This document shows, in pieces, positions 31,601 to 42,391 of a stretch of DNA of 64,000 nt; within the stretch, counting starts at the first letter, position 1; each line of letters begins with the position of its first letter. This DNA is from Gonapodya sp. JEL0774 (lineage: Eukaryota), in contig JADIIX010000010.1 of the NCBI GenBank assembly GCA_027604505.1, positions 186,001-250,000 of the forward strand, in the 5' to 3' direction. A program made the position numbers and the translations under genes. The notes beneath the pieces were generated by a model. That model was given only the letters and a program-made list of their open reading frames with translations, made no database searches and was not told where the DNA came from.

Positions 31601-34600
31601 GAAATCGACCATTGAAGTCTCAAATTGATCCCGACTACCGGTACATATTCAACTTGCACTACGCAGCAGCTGAAGCTGCCTATCTCTCACTACAGTATGA
31701 GGAGACACAACGTTTAGTTCAGCTGATGGACAGCTACGTTGAGAATCCCTTGGACAAAGCACGGGTACAAACGCTACAAGTGCGCCAAGCTATGGCCCGA
31801 GATAAACCACAGGAGACGATAATGCGAAGTTTGCTAGTGTTGGACAATCTTGGTGTGCACATTCCACGCGACCCAAGTACTTGGACTATTCGCCAGCTAC
31901 AGAATAAAGTGAAAGGATTCCTGAAGGGCAAAACTGATGATGAATTGATCAATCGCCTGGTGAACATCAATTGCGATATACTTGTTGATTGTTCCCCACT
32001 CAAAGTTCCTGGTTTTCATCCAGGAAACGACGACGGAGATTGACAACTTCATCATTTCAATTCTAAAGGATCTTCTGACGTACACCTTGAACTACGAGCC
32101 GAGATTGTACGCTGCCATTGCTCTCAACTATGCTTCCATCACAATGCGGACGGGATCAGGAGCATATGGTTACGTAATTTACGCGACCATTCTAAGTTCT
32201 CTTTTCAATGACTACGACGGTAAGTGGACTTTGCTCTCTTGCTCGCAGGACGGCTGTCGGTTTCTCTTGTTTTAAGGAATCAAATGTTCTTGGACCGCAG
32301 GTGCCTACCGTTTTTGCAAGATTGCGATAAAGCGAATACACACAAGTGACACAAAACCACGAACATATGCGTACGCGCTCTCATTTGGATTGGATTACAA
32401 AGAGAGTATGCGCGACGGCTTACCACTGGCTATAACGGCGCATGGTCAGGGCGAGCACACAGTTTGGTCCGAAGACGAATGCGATTCTCACAGATTGTTC
32501 TTTCCGACAGACCTTGCAAACGAACATGGTGACAGTGAAGAGATGGCTCTCACTGCAATCAAGTTAGGTTTCATTGCATGGTGGGGGGGAATCTCCGTGC
32601 GAACATTCAGAGAAGAGCTCGCGGGTCGCATCATACAGACGTTCCGAATCATCAATCGGCCCATGCAACAGCGCTGGATAGCACCGTATCTTCAGGGTAT
32701 GGATTGTCTGGCCAATGATGTTGGAGATCCAAGCCGTCTTTGTGGAGAATGGATGGACTTTGATGAAGAACTGGAAAAGCCGGCTTCGGAAAGGTTCGAA
32801 GGAGATGCAACTGCTTTGCTTGTATCAGCGGGTATCGAGGTAGTTCTTTGTTTCCTCTGGCGGGACTACGACAGAGCCTGGCGAGATCTGGTTCTCATGA
32901 AAGATGCACGAAAGCGCACACAATCGTATCGACTTTCGGACCATGTTCCGATTTTATGGTATGAGATTTTGGTCCGGATCAAGCTTTTGGGAGCCGCCCG
33001 ATCGCAAAAGTTGGGCGATCTCAAAGGTTTTGACTTCGACGCGGAAGCCATGGTAACTCCGCCTGACGGTTCCGCGTTGGATCTGACACCTTCTGAGACG
33101 GGTACTTCGTTGACAGATGACACGGTGATGCCGCGGGAATGGAGCAAATTTACGGAGATGAGACAGTTGTACCGCATAAAGAAGGAGCTCAAGGATCTTA
33201 AGATGTTCGCCGATATGGCTGAGATGAATCACAAGCATAGATACCTGGTAGCGTGTGCGGAGCTTGCTGCGTATCAGCATAACATCGCCGCACTTCAACT
33301 ATACGAAGATGCCGCAAAACAAGCACAGGACCGGTCCTTCTATTGGGAATACGCAATGATTCGGGAGCTACAGATGGAGTTTCTCCTCAGTAAGGGCAAT
33401 GAGATCAGTGCAAAGCAGCTTTTTCGAGAAGCCGTTTACTACTATCAGAAAGACGGTGTTCTGGCCAAGAAGAAACATCTTGAGTCGATTCATCCGAACT
33501 TGGTTCAGACGAAAGTAGATTTATTTGGGTTACCCCAGGATCGGATGAGTACTGCAGATAGTGGGCACCACGGATTTGCGACTATTTCTGGAGGGGGGGC
33601 AGGAGAGTCTATCGATGTACTCTCACTATTCAAAGCCACACAAGCCATTTCGAGGCAGGTTAGCTTTGACAAACTACTGGAAATGCTTGCCGGTATATAC
33701 TTGGAAACCTCTGGTGGACAACGTGTGGTGTTTTGCAATGTCACACGAGGACCCCCTCGAGTCACAGCGGAGGGTTTCATCGACAATGCTGCTGAAAGCG
33801 ATGGAGCTCGTACTTCAACTGTTATCTCCGCACTCAGTGACGGTGCAGGAACTACCCACGCGTATGGAGGGAAGCGTCCCTCAGTTGGATCACGGGGGCG
33901 GCGCACTCCTACCATGGACATGAGCGGTTCTTCCATGAGTTTGCGACGCGCGTCTCAAGCAACCGGTGACGCTTATGGTGGAATTACATCCACCCCCCCG
34001 AGTAGGCCATCCACCAACCGCCTACCAAGCCTCGTTCCGGCGGACGAGGCAAATCTAGGAGCTTCTGGAGCTTGGACGGCTACAGGCCCTCCTGTGCAGT
34101 CTCAAAGCGGACCACTTGGACAATTAACATCGACCACAACACCAGGGAAGGAGTTATCGCCTAGCAATGGGTGGATCCCGTCACCTGCACCTCAGGTGAA
34201 CGGAAATGGCATACCAACCGCGGCATCGACCGTTCGGCGTGGATCAACAACACTCGACGTCGTTGGCAATCGTGGTGTTGGTGGAAGAAGAGGTTCGAAT
34301 TCCAACGAAATGTTAATCCTCAAGAGTTCGCGAAGGGGATCCGCGGCTGGAAACGAGCTGCTGACACGGGAGCCTAATGGCGAGCTTGTTCCTGCCTCCC
34401 CATCGGTAGCCAATAGCAGTCAAGCGAGGCGTGGATCCCTTGACGATAGAGCCAGTCGGAGAGGGTCTGGCGATGCGGATCTTAGCCATAGCGGGGGAAG
34501 ACGAGAATCGAGCAGTGATGGAGGGAAGAGCGACGAGCGCCTGACACCAGCGAATGTAAAATTTGCCTTGATGCGCCGTAACGCTGACTCCGACATGCTT

Positions 34601-36037
34601 CCAATGTCGGTTTTGAACTTCTGTTTACGCACCAAAGAGACGGTTGTTTTGGACAATGCCATGACTGACGCAAGGTAAGTTCAGTTACAGAAGAGCAAAA
34701 TCGAGGTGGTGGGCTGAGAACTTTATTCTCATTTTGATCTGGCCTCAAAGGTTTGGCAGCGATATTTACATTCGGAAGAATAAAGTTCTGTCGGTGCTGT
34801 GTGCCCCAGTCCTATCGCAATCACAAGTGACTGGGGCAGTCTATTTGGAGCATCGCAATCTATCTGGAGTTTTTACTCCTGAGCGTTTGTATGTTCTCAA
34901 CATTATGTTTGGGCAGGCTGCGGTTTCCCTCGAGAATGCACGTCTCTACTCGTCGATAAACAAGTTTGTCCCCGACGACATGATTGCGCAACTCAAACAC
35001 GAGAGTGTGCTTACTGTTCAACTTGGGGATTGCATTGAGAAGGATATGACCGTAATGTTCTCAGAGTAAGTGAGCGTCGAAAATTGCCGGTCATGATTTC
35101 CAACTCTTACGCTTTCTTGACCTGAAGCATTCGTGATTTCACCACGCTGAGTGAAAGTATGAATGCACGGAAAACCTTGAGCTTCCTCAATGCCTATCTT
35201 AGCAAAATGCAGCCGCTTATTGAGCAAAACAAGGGCATAGTGGACAAGTATTTTGGTGATGGTATACTAGCTCTTTGGAATGATCCGGATGGTGCGCTGG
35301 ATAGTGCGATCTTTATGCAACGAGAGCTCCAGCACTTCAATACCAATAATCTGAGCGAGAAAACATATCACCAACGAGAGACCAGAGTTGGAATTGGATT
35401 CAATAGGTGGGCGGAACGTTTTCAGGATGTAGTGCCTCCAACACTGGAGTTTCACCTCCTAATATTGATTAGCGGACGCCTCATGCTTGGCGCGATCGGT
35501 GCACGCAGTCGCATTGATGTTAGCGTTATTGGAGATACTGTCAACCTTGGTTCCAGAGTAGAAGGACTGACAAAGTTCTACCACGTCGACTGTCTTGTAT
35601 CAGAGCACACTTTTGTTCGACTAAAGAATCCAAATCGCTTCAACTTCCGGATGATCGACCTCGTCAGAGCCAAAGGGAAAACGGAGGCAATCAAAATTTA
35701 CGAACTGATCGACGGAGAGTATGATGAGAGACTTCGGGAGCGCAAGTTGGCAATCCGTACAATATTCACGGATGCGGTCAACTTGTACCAACGTAAAAAT
35801 TTCATGAGCGCACTCCAAAAGTTTGATGAGTGCTGGAGGTTGTGTCCAGAGGACTATTGCACTCGGATGTACAAGGATAGGTGCCGGAAGATGCTACAGA
35901 TGATTGCGGATGGTGTGAATATCAATAATTGGGAACCCGTGGAAATTATGTTCGACGTGAGTCCAGTACCAGATATGGATGATCGCTTTTGTTCAGTTTT
36001 CACTCTGAATACCTCTTCACCTCCATCATAGAAATGA
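28610..36037 (+). CDS. Multidomain Ser/Thr-kinase-like + AAA ATPase + helical repeats + GAF + class III adenylyl cyclase + TPR-like tail (first exon, about 28433-28550, unresolved)
   Basis: PVILKAL, IIHKDVTPQ|NV, LIDFALA, GTMAWIPPEQTARINR; KLYGRENE, Walker A GYSGIGKT, LFLDDMQW, GGNP, FLHDKIRQAAYS; GAF SVLCAPV...YLEH...LENARLY; cyclase MTVMFSD|IRDFTTLSE, VDKYFGDG, DVSVIGDTVNLGSRVEG; ends EIMFD|K* at 36037. Confidence 0.9.
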
Positions 36038-36248
36038 GCCTTCACGTACGCCGGTGACAGTCAGTATCGATTCTTCCCCTGACTTTCGAAATAATGATGC
36101 CTTCGATATCACAATCGCATTTATACGTACAGATACCCAAGTTATATATTGAACACTATGTCACGTCTGTAAATAGAACACGAATGAAAGAAGTAGTAAT
36201 ATTGTGATGTTACCCCTGAATTTACAACAACGTCATCCAAATCCATAA

Positions 36249-37369
36249 ATGGCCCCCGAACTCACGTTTCATGTGGTGTTCAGTGTAGTCACAGTTTCTC
36301 GTCAGTTTCTGTTTTACATTGTCACGGTATCCACATTGCGTGATCTTCGTTGAACTCTGACAGTTTCCGCATCAACTTCAAACTACCTTGCAAGCGCCAT
36401 CAACTCACCGATAAGTGTCATCACGACATGTGCGAATGGAAAGAATCCCCATCATGGATCACTACCATTTTCTGGTCCAGCATGCTTTCCAGAAATGACG
36501 TCATCGATTTTCGGATTGTTCGTGGCAAGTGAGTAAAACTTGACTATGATCTCACGAACTGGGCCTCGACTCACGCAATCTCCCGCAGTGTTTTTAATGG
36601 GAGGGCTCATCGGATCAATTGCAGTCTCAAAAGCCTCGTTGGGGAGGAAAGGATCACTCCAGTTGCAAACACGTGCGATATCGCAGGCTGTATTTTAGAG
36701 TACACCGCAGGAAATGTGTTTTGGCTATTCAGCTCAAGGTACGATAAACATACATTCCACAGATCTTCGATTTCTGAGTTACAGTTGTACATCGAGGCTA
36801 ATTCAAGGACTGGATGGAGGAATCTCTTGCACCTGTATATTTCTGAGGTTGCCCCGACTTCGGCTCGAGGTGATTGAGAGAGAAACTTCCTTCGTGTTGT
36901 TGGCGCAAACAATCTTCGGAACAGGGGTTCTCGGTGTTTTCAACCAGATTGCAATAGTCGTGGGACTCATTTTGGCACAGCTTGCAGGTGGGATTCCATG
37001 CACGCTTCCCTCACATGCAACTTTTCACGGCGGTATGAAAAACATTTTTACATCGCGCTCCTCATTCGCTTTTGTATAGGGTTATTACTCTCGTCTGCCA
37101 CACTTTGGCGACTCGCTGTATCAGTATTTCCGGTTGTTTTTCCCTTGGTATCTACTCTCCTGCTTCATTTCTGTTCAGAGAGCCCAAGGTATCTTGTGCT
37201 CTGCGGCAAACATCGTGAAGCCAGGATCCAGCTTCACCAGCTTCGTGGTACCGTTGACATTGATGACGAGCTCGATGCAATTGTGCGGAGCCAGCCCGGT
37301 GGGGGGTTGGACAGTCGCGGTGAGACAGTTGACACCGTGGAGACTGCCACCGAGGAAATGGAAAGTTAG
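36249..37369 (+). pseudogene. N-terminal half (TM1-6) of an MFS sugar-porter (GLUT/YBR241C-like) gene, frameshifted
   Basis: MAPELTFHVVFSVVTVS; INSPISVITTC...CFPEMTSSIFGLFVA; GGLIGS...LGRKG; GVLGVFNQIAIVVGLILAQ; WRLAV...ESPRYL...LRGTVDIDDEL; frameshifts near 36600-36700; stops in the central loop. Confidence 0.85.
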
Positions 37370-37401
37370 AGCTGCTGACAGCATCCTTACAGACGTAGGG
37401 A

Positions 37402-37812
37402 ATGGCAGATCTACACATTGCATTCAAATGGAATAGTGACATTGATGGCGCATTTTATAGTGTTTTCCGGGAAGCGGTAAATGTGGACGAAAACCATACA
37501 TTCCCACTCCTAGGCTACATAGCTAAAAGGGGGCTGCAAAAAGAGAGGATTGGTACCATGATTGTACAGATTGTAGTAAGGGGTGCTAAACCTGAGAATG
37601 TGAGTGATCTATTGAATTGGTTCAAAAGCCCCCTCTCTAACGAGGTTAAAGTGAATGTATGGAGGGAAAATAGCGTAATGGCTGACTCCGCGATAGCTTT
37701 GATGTCTCGTGACACATTAGATGCTACTCATCGGAATTGGATAGAACAAACTGTAAGTAGCAGGGTTGCAGCGCAAGTACGGACTCACAATCTTACGCAA
37801 AGACTGGCGTAA
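37402..37812 (+). CDS. Intronless orphan ORF (136 aa) at the left edge of the inserted block
   Basis: Open ORF MADLHIAFKWNSD...; no recognisable motif. Confidence 0.3.
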   Translation: MADLHIAFKWNSDIDGAFYSVFREAVNVDENHTFPLLGYIAKRGLQKERIGTMIVQIVVRGAKPENVSDLLNWFKSPLSNEVKVNVWRENSVMADSAIALMSRDTLDATHRNWIEQTVSSRVAAQVRTHNLTQRLA

Positions 37813-38340
37813 CACAGTAGCGTAAACAGTGGCGCTATCAGTAGTATAAAGGAGAGAGTTTCTTTACTTGTGTGATGAAGTACATGTATACACTTCGGAG
37901 TATCCTGTTCAATCCCGGTGCGCAGGGGACACTATTCATGTGAATAGCTTTGGTCAACCGGTTCTCAAGAAGACTCTCGCTTTCAAGTGAGGGAGAGTGT
38001 GGAGTAGACTGGCCACCGGATCTCACTGTTGTTTCAATATTCCCTTCGGCCCAAATGACGGATTCTAAGGTGGCGAGAATTGGCGATACACACGGAGATA
38101 CTATCACTCGTGAAACCCAAATGGTCAGACCGCGAGGAGCTCCAGATGATTTGAAGGTGCAACTCTGACCAGGTACCAACCACGGCTCAGCTCGCCTTAT
38201 CCACTCGCAGTGAGAGCGTTGGAAGGGTGACGGTGAGCTGTGGAGTGTGGAGTGTGTGATGGATGATATGAAGAATAGTCAAGTACTTCTGTAAGTTTAT
38301 TTCGCAGTGAGGGACAGGTTGTCCGATCCTCGTTTACTAA

Positions 38341-39609
38341 TTAAATGTTGACTGATCCATCAGTGCCCAACATTTCAATGGCATTCTCCCTCCAAATTCT
38401 CTTTTGCTGTCCCTCTGATGCGAAGATCTTTGGAATTCCAACTGAGAGACTCTCGACAAGCATTCTTACAATAGGGCCAGGAGTCCTATCCAGATTCAAA
38501 AATCGAAAGACGTCATGAAAATGACTTGTACGGTAACAAATGACACCCATACCATATATAATCTGATCCGTATAACAGCCGGTTGCTTGCGTCGTCAATA
38601 GATCCAAGATTCCTGATGAGCATTGGCAACTGATTTGGGAGGGCAAAGCCGGCGAGGTCCCAGTGCAAGCTCATAAGTCCTTGCTGGAACTCCTCCGCTG
38701 TAACTTCCGACTGGGTGCCAGCGTATCTTGATGTACCAATGACTCTGACCCTGTCAATGACGGGAGCAAAAGCACCACCACAATGCGAGGCAATCCAGCG
38801 GATGCGTGGATACCGCTTCAAACAGCCGCCAAGAAGAAGTTGAGTGAGAGCGCGCGCAGTCTCAAGCTGGTACTCGAGCATCGGGTCAGCATATTGGGAG
38901 AAGTTCCCGCCATACAGGATAGTCGCATTGTGCAAGGTGTCCGAAGGTTTTTGTGGAACCCCAGTATTCGAGCGGAAAGAAGCTCCATGGTGGGTGTGGA
39001 AGTCAGGGTGGACACGTAAACATGGCGCGGTAGGGTGCATGAAAACCACCGAGGAGTGTGCATTGAGGTCCTGATGAGGGATAGATGATAGTCATAGTAA
39101 CTAAGCGATGACTGCCGGTGGCCGTAGCCTCTACTCACTTCATACAATTCGTTGAACGATGGGTCTCCTTGGTAGATTCCGTGATGGTTGCTCATCACCA
39201 CGAACGCATTGACACCGTATCTCTCCCGTACCCTTTGAGCTTCGGCAATGCTTCCGTGTGTATCTGGAAGTGGAAGACTTGCGAACATACCAAAACTGTG
39301 TGGATTTTTCTTGCAAAGTTCAGCTGTCCAGTCGTTGCAGTCCATCGCGAGCTGCCTCGCTTCAGTATCTGCCCCAGGAACCAGGTGCACGCCCGGTGCC
39401 GATATAGACAGGTAGGCCTTCTCGACTCCGATTTCCTTGTTGACTTCCAGATGGGTCTGAGAATTCCATATCATCACATTCTTCTCGACATGCTCACGCA
39501 GTTGACCGTCCACATGCGTCCAATCACCCAATTCGCTCAGAGCCTTCGCATAGGGCGGGGGGATATGATGGACATGGGTGTCGTGCTTTCGCTTTGAAGC
39601 TTCTGTCAT
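38341..39609 (-). CDS. Amidohydrolase_2 family (ACMSD/aromatic-acid decarboxylase-like)
   Basis: HDTHVHHIPP metal-binding HxH; LSISAPG; FASLPLP; VFMHPT; RYPRIRWIASHCGG; LLYGSDY; final exon WTPGP...RENAIEML. Confidence 0.9.
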
Positions 39610-39867
39610 GTTTGTAAACTTTTATAATAGAGTGGCTGGCCCTCTTTAATATTGGACACAATTGGAGAGTAAATGTCCGACAAACTTTGGACGTGCCTCC
39701 TCCGCCTTTGGTCAACAAGACCCCAAGGGATGTCAACCAACAAAGTCGGAGGATTATTGTTTCGAGGTCGATATAACCATGTCGGAGTGTGTATTCATTT
39801 GTGCCGCTTTAACTCACCCAACCTGATCGAGCTGTGAAACTTTCCGTCTTTAGGAACCACTGTTTCA
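39610..39867. promoter_or_regulatory. Bidirectional promoter of the decarboxylase/monooxygenase pair with repeated GTCGGA elements
   Basis: 258-bp divergent gap; GTCGGA at 39745 and 39781, and its complement TCCGAC at 39676. Confidence 0.5.
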
Positions 39868-42374
39868 ATGGAAACGAAAACTCCAGTCCTAATCGGTGAG
39901 TCTTAATTATGGAAGGTCCTAGCTCTTGGCAATCCTTCACTCATGTTCCTGCCTCTTCATCTGCCGAACCAAAGTCGGCGGTGGATCGGCGGGGCTCACG
40001 CTCTCTGCGGTTCTCTCCGACCACGGAATTCAGCATATTCTCATTGAAAAGAACCCCTCAACATCGAATCTTCCGAAGGCAAGCGATATTCGTCGTTGTG
40101 ATCACACATATGTAGAGATGTGCTCACACGTCTTTGGTCCAACAGGCACACGTCTTGAACAAACGGAGCATGGAGGTCTTGCGACAGCATGGCATAGCGG
40201 ATGAAGTGATTGAGAAGGTAAGAACAGTGGCTCAACTCTACGCCTTCCTTCGAAAATCCTTTCAGATGTTGTTATAGGGATGCCCTCCAGATCTGATGTT
40301 CAAGACCAACTACATCACATCACTTGGCTCTGACCACACCCCTTATATGGGAAAGGAAATCTTTGAATCAGAATGCTTTGTCGGGAAGCCCGGTGCGCGG
40401 TTTTGCGTCGCACGTGCCGCTTGCACAATCACCGATCATTCGCCATAAATCAGGGGGCGCTTACCGTGAGACGCTGTCAAAGGACTCACCATGTCTGTCA
40501 ACCAACCTACCGCAGCTTAGATTGGAACCAATAATCCGAGCACGCGCCGAACAACGCAACCCTGGCAAGGCAAGTCCATAACCTTGGTATCTCGAACTGA
40601 AGCTTAAGTATCCATCAACTTTGTACAGCTGTGGTTCAGCCATGAGGCTGTTGAATTCGTTCAAGGCACTGATTCTGTCAAGGTGGTGATAAGAAACCTT
40701 ATGACGTCCAAAACTCTCACCATAGAGGCTACCTACGTTATTGCGGCTGACGGAGGGAGATTCTTCGGCGAAAAGCTTGGTATCAAGATGGAAGGGATCA
40801 CTCGTTTCCTTAAAAACACCACAGTACACATAAAAGCGGGTGAGTTTCTTTTGGCCCGTATCGTCCTGTGGTGCCTGTCTTACCCGCGTCCCGTCCTAGA
40901 TCTCTCAAAGTATGTAGACGATGTGACACTGATTTCTTGGATTACATCTCCGGTTTCTCGTGGCGTACTTGTGAAGATGGGCCCCACTTGGTGAGTGTAT
41001 TTTCTAGGGCTCACTGGAACAGTTTTTGAGCTCTTCCGACCTGGCCTTAGGACTAGGCACTCCGAAGAGTGGAATATCTCGTTTGCTTTCATGTCGGAAG
41101 CCGAGACTATTAAGGAATACGACGATGAATCTATCAAGCAACCAATCCGGGACCTACTGAACATCCCGGACCTCGAGCTTGAAGTACTGAAGGTCCGCAG
41201 TTGGTACTTTGAAAAGGTATTGGCCAATAAGTATCAGGTTGGACGAATATTTCTCGTGGGGGATGCGGCGCATCGCCACCCTCCAATGACAGGATTGGGG
41301 TTGAACACTGGTGAGTCGACTCCGAGGTAGCGTCCATCGACCCAGTTTAAACTCTTCAAACGAGTAGCAATCCAAGATTCACACAACATCGGCTGGAAAC
41401 TCGCCGCCGTTCTCAAGGGACAAGCTGATCCAAGACTTCTGGAGGTTTGTTCGGCGGTCTGGCGGTGTAACTGAGCCCTTTAACTGATTTCTGAACGGCA
41501 GACCTACGAGATGGAACGCCGACCTGTGGGCAGAAGGATCACGAGTTGGGCTTTTCAAGCAATGTTAAATCACGAAGTATGTCGATGTATGTTCTCCTGG
41601 TCGAGGTTGGACTCATTCTTCTAGCTAGGTCATTGCTGCGTCTTTGGGCTTTATCAGAGGTGACAAAATGGCACTTATAGGTGCACTCATCGAGTTGTTC
41701 ACGGAGGGGAATCCACAAGGAGCCACCCGACGGGCCGTGATGAAGGAGGTCATGCCTACTCAGCGCATTGAGTATCTTGCCAATGATTTGGATATCGGAC
41801 ACATCTACCCCGATGGTGCATTCATAGCGGATGGCACAAAGGCACCTCCTGAAGACCCGATGGGAGAACATTGTGAGTACTTTTGAAGCTCCTCCTTTTC
41901 ACAAATTTCTGAATTATTAGGTGTTTTATAGACATCCCACTTGCTCGGCCTGGGCACCGCCTTCCTCACCTGTGGGTCACTCGTGGGAATGCAAAGCTAT
42001 CCTCACACGATTTTGTCGGCTTTGGTTGGTTACTTATCACTGTAAGCATGACCAGTTAGATGTGATTGTGTCCGCGTCCACCTACTCAGTGACCTTAACT
42101 TTTACTTCGACAGGGGGAACAAGGCTCGTTTTGGGAACAGGCAGTAGGGGATGTTGCACAAGCTGCCGGTTTGATCGTTTCGTCTCTGCGCATTACGAAA
42201 GAAGACGACCCTTCTGGTGTTTGGAGCAAGGTGTGTGGTATTGATAGTGCCGGTGCGATACTTGTACGCCCGGATACGTATGTGGCGTATCGACACGCAA
42301 TCGGAGTACCCTCCAAAGAAGCTGCGAAAGCTGCCCTTTCGGGTGCTCTGAAGACGATTACTCGAAAGTTGTAG
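39868..42374 (+). CDS. FAD-dependent phenol monooxygenase (2,4-dichlorophenol 6-monooxygenase/TfdB-like, FAD_binding_3)
   Basis: VLI|VGGGSAGL; PK|AHVLNKRSME; NLPQLRLEPII; YVIAADGGR; RIFLVGDAAHRHPPMTGLGLNT|AIQDSHNIGWKLA; PGHRLPHLW; GAILVRPDTYVAYR. Confidence 0.92.
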
Positions 42375-42391
42375 TATATACTTATGTTAGC

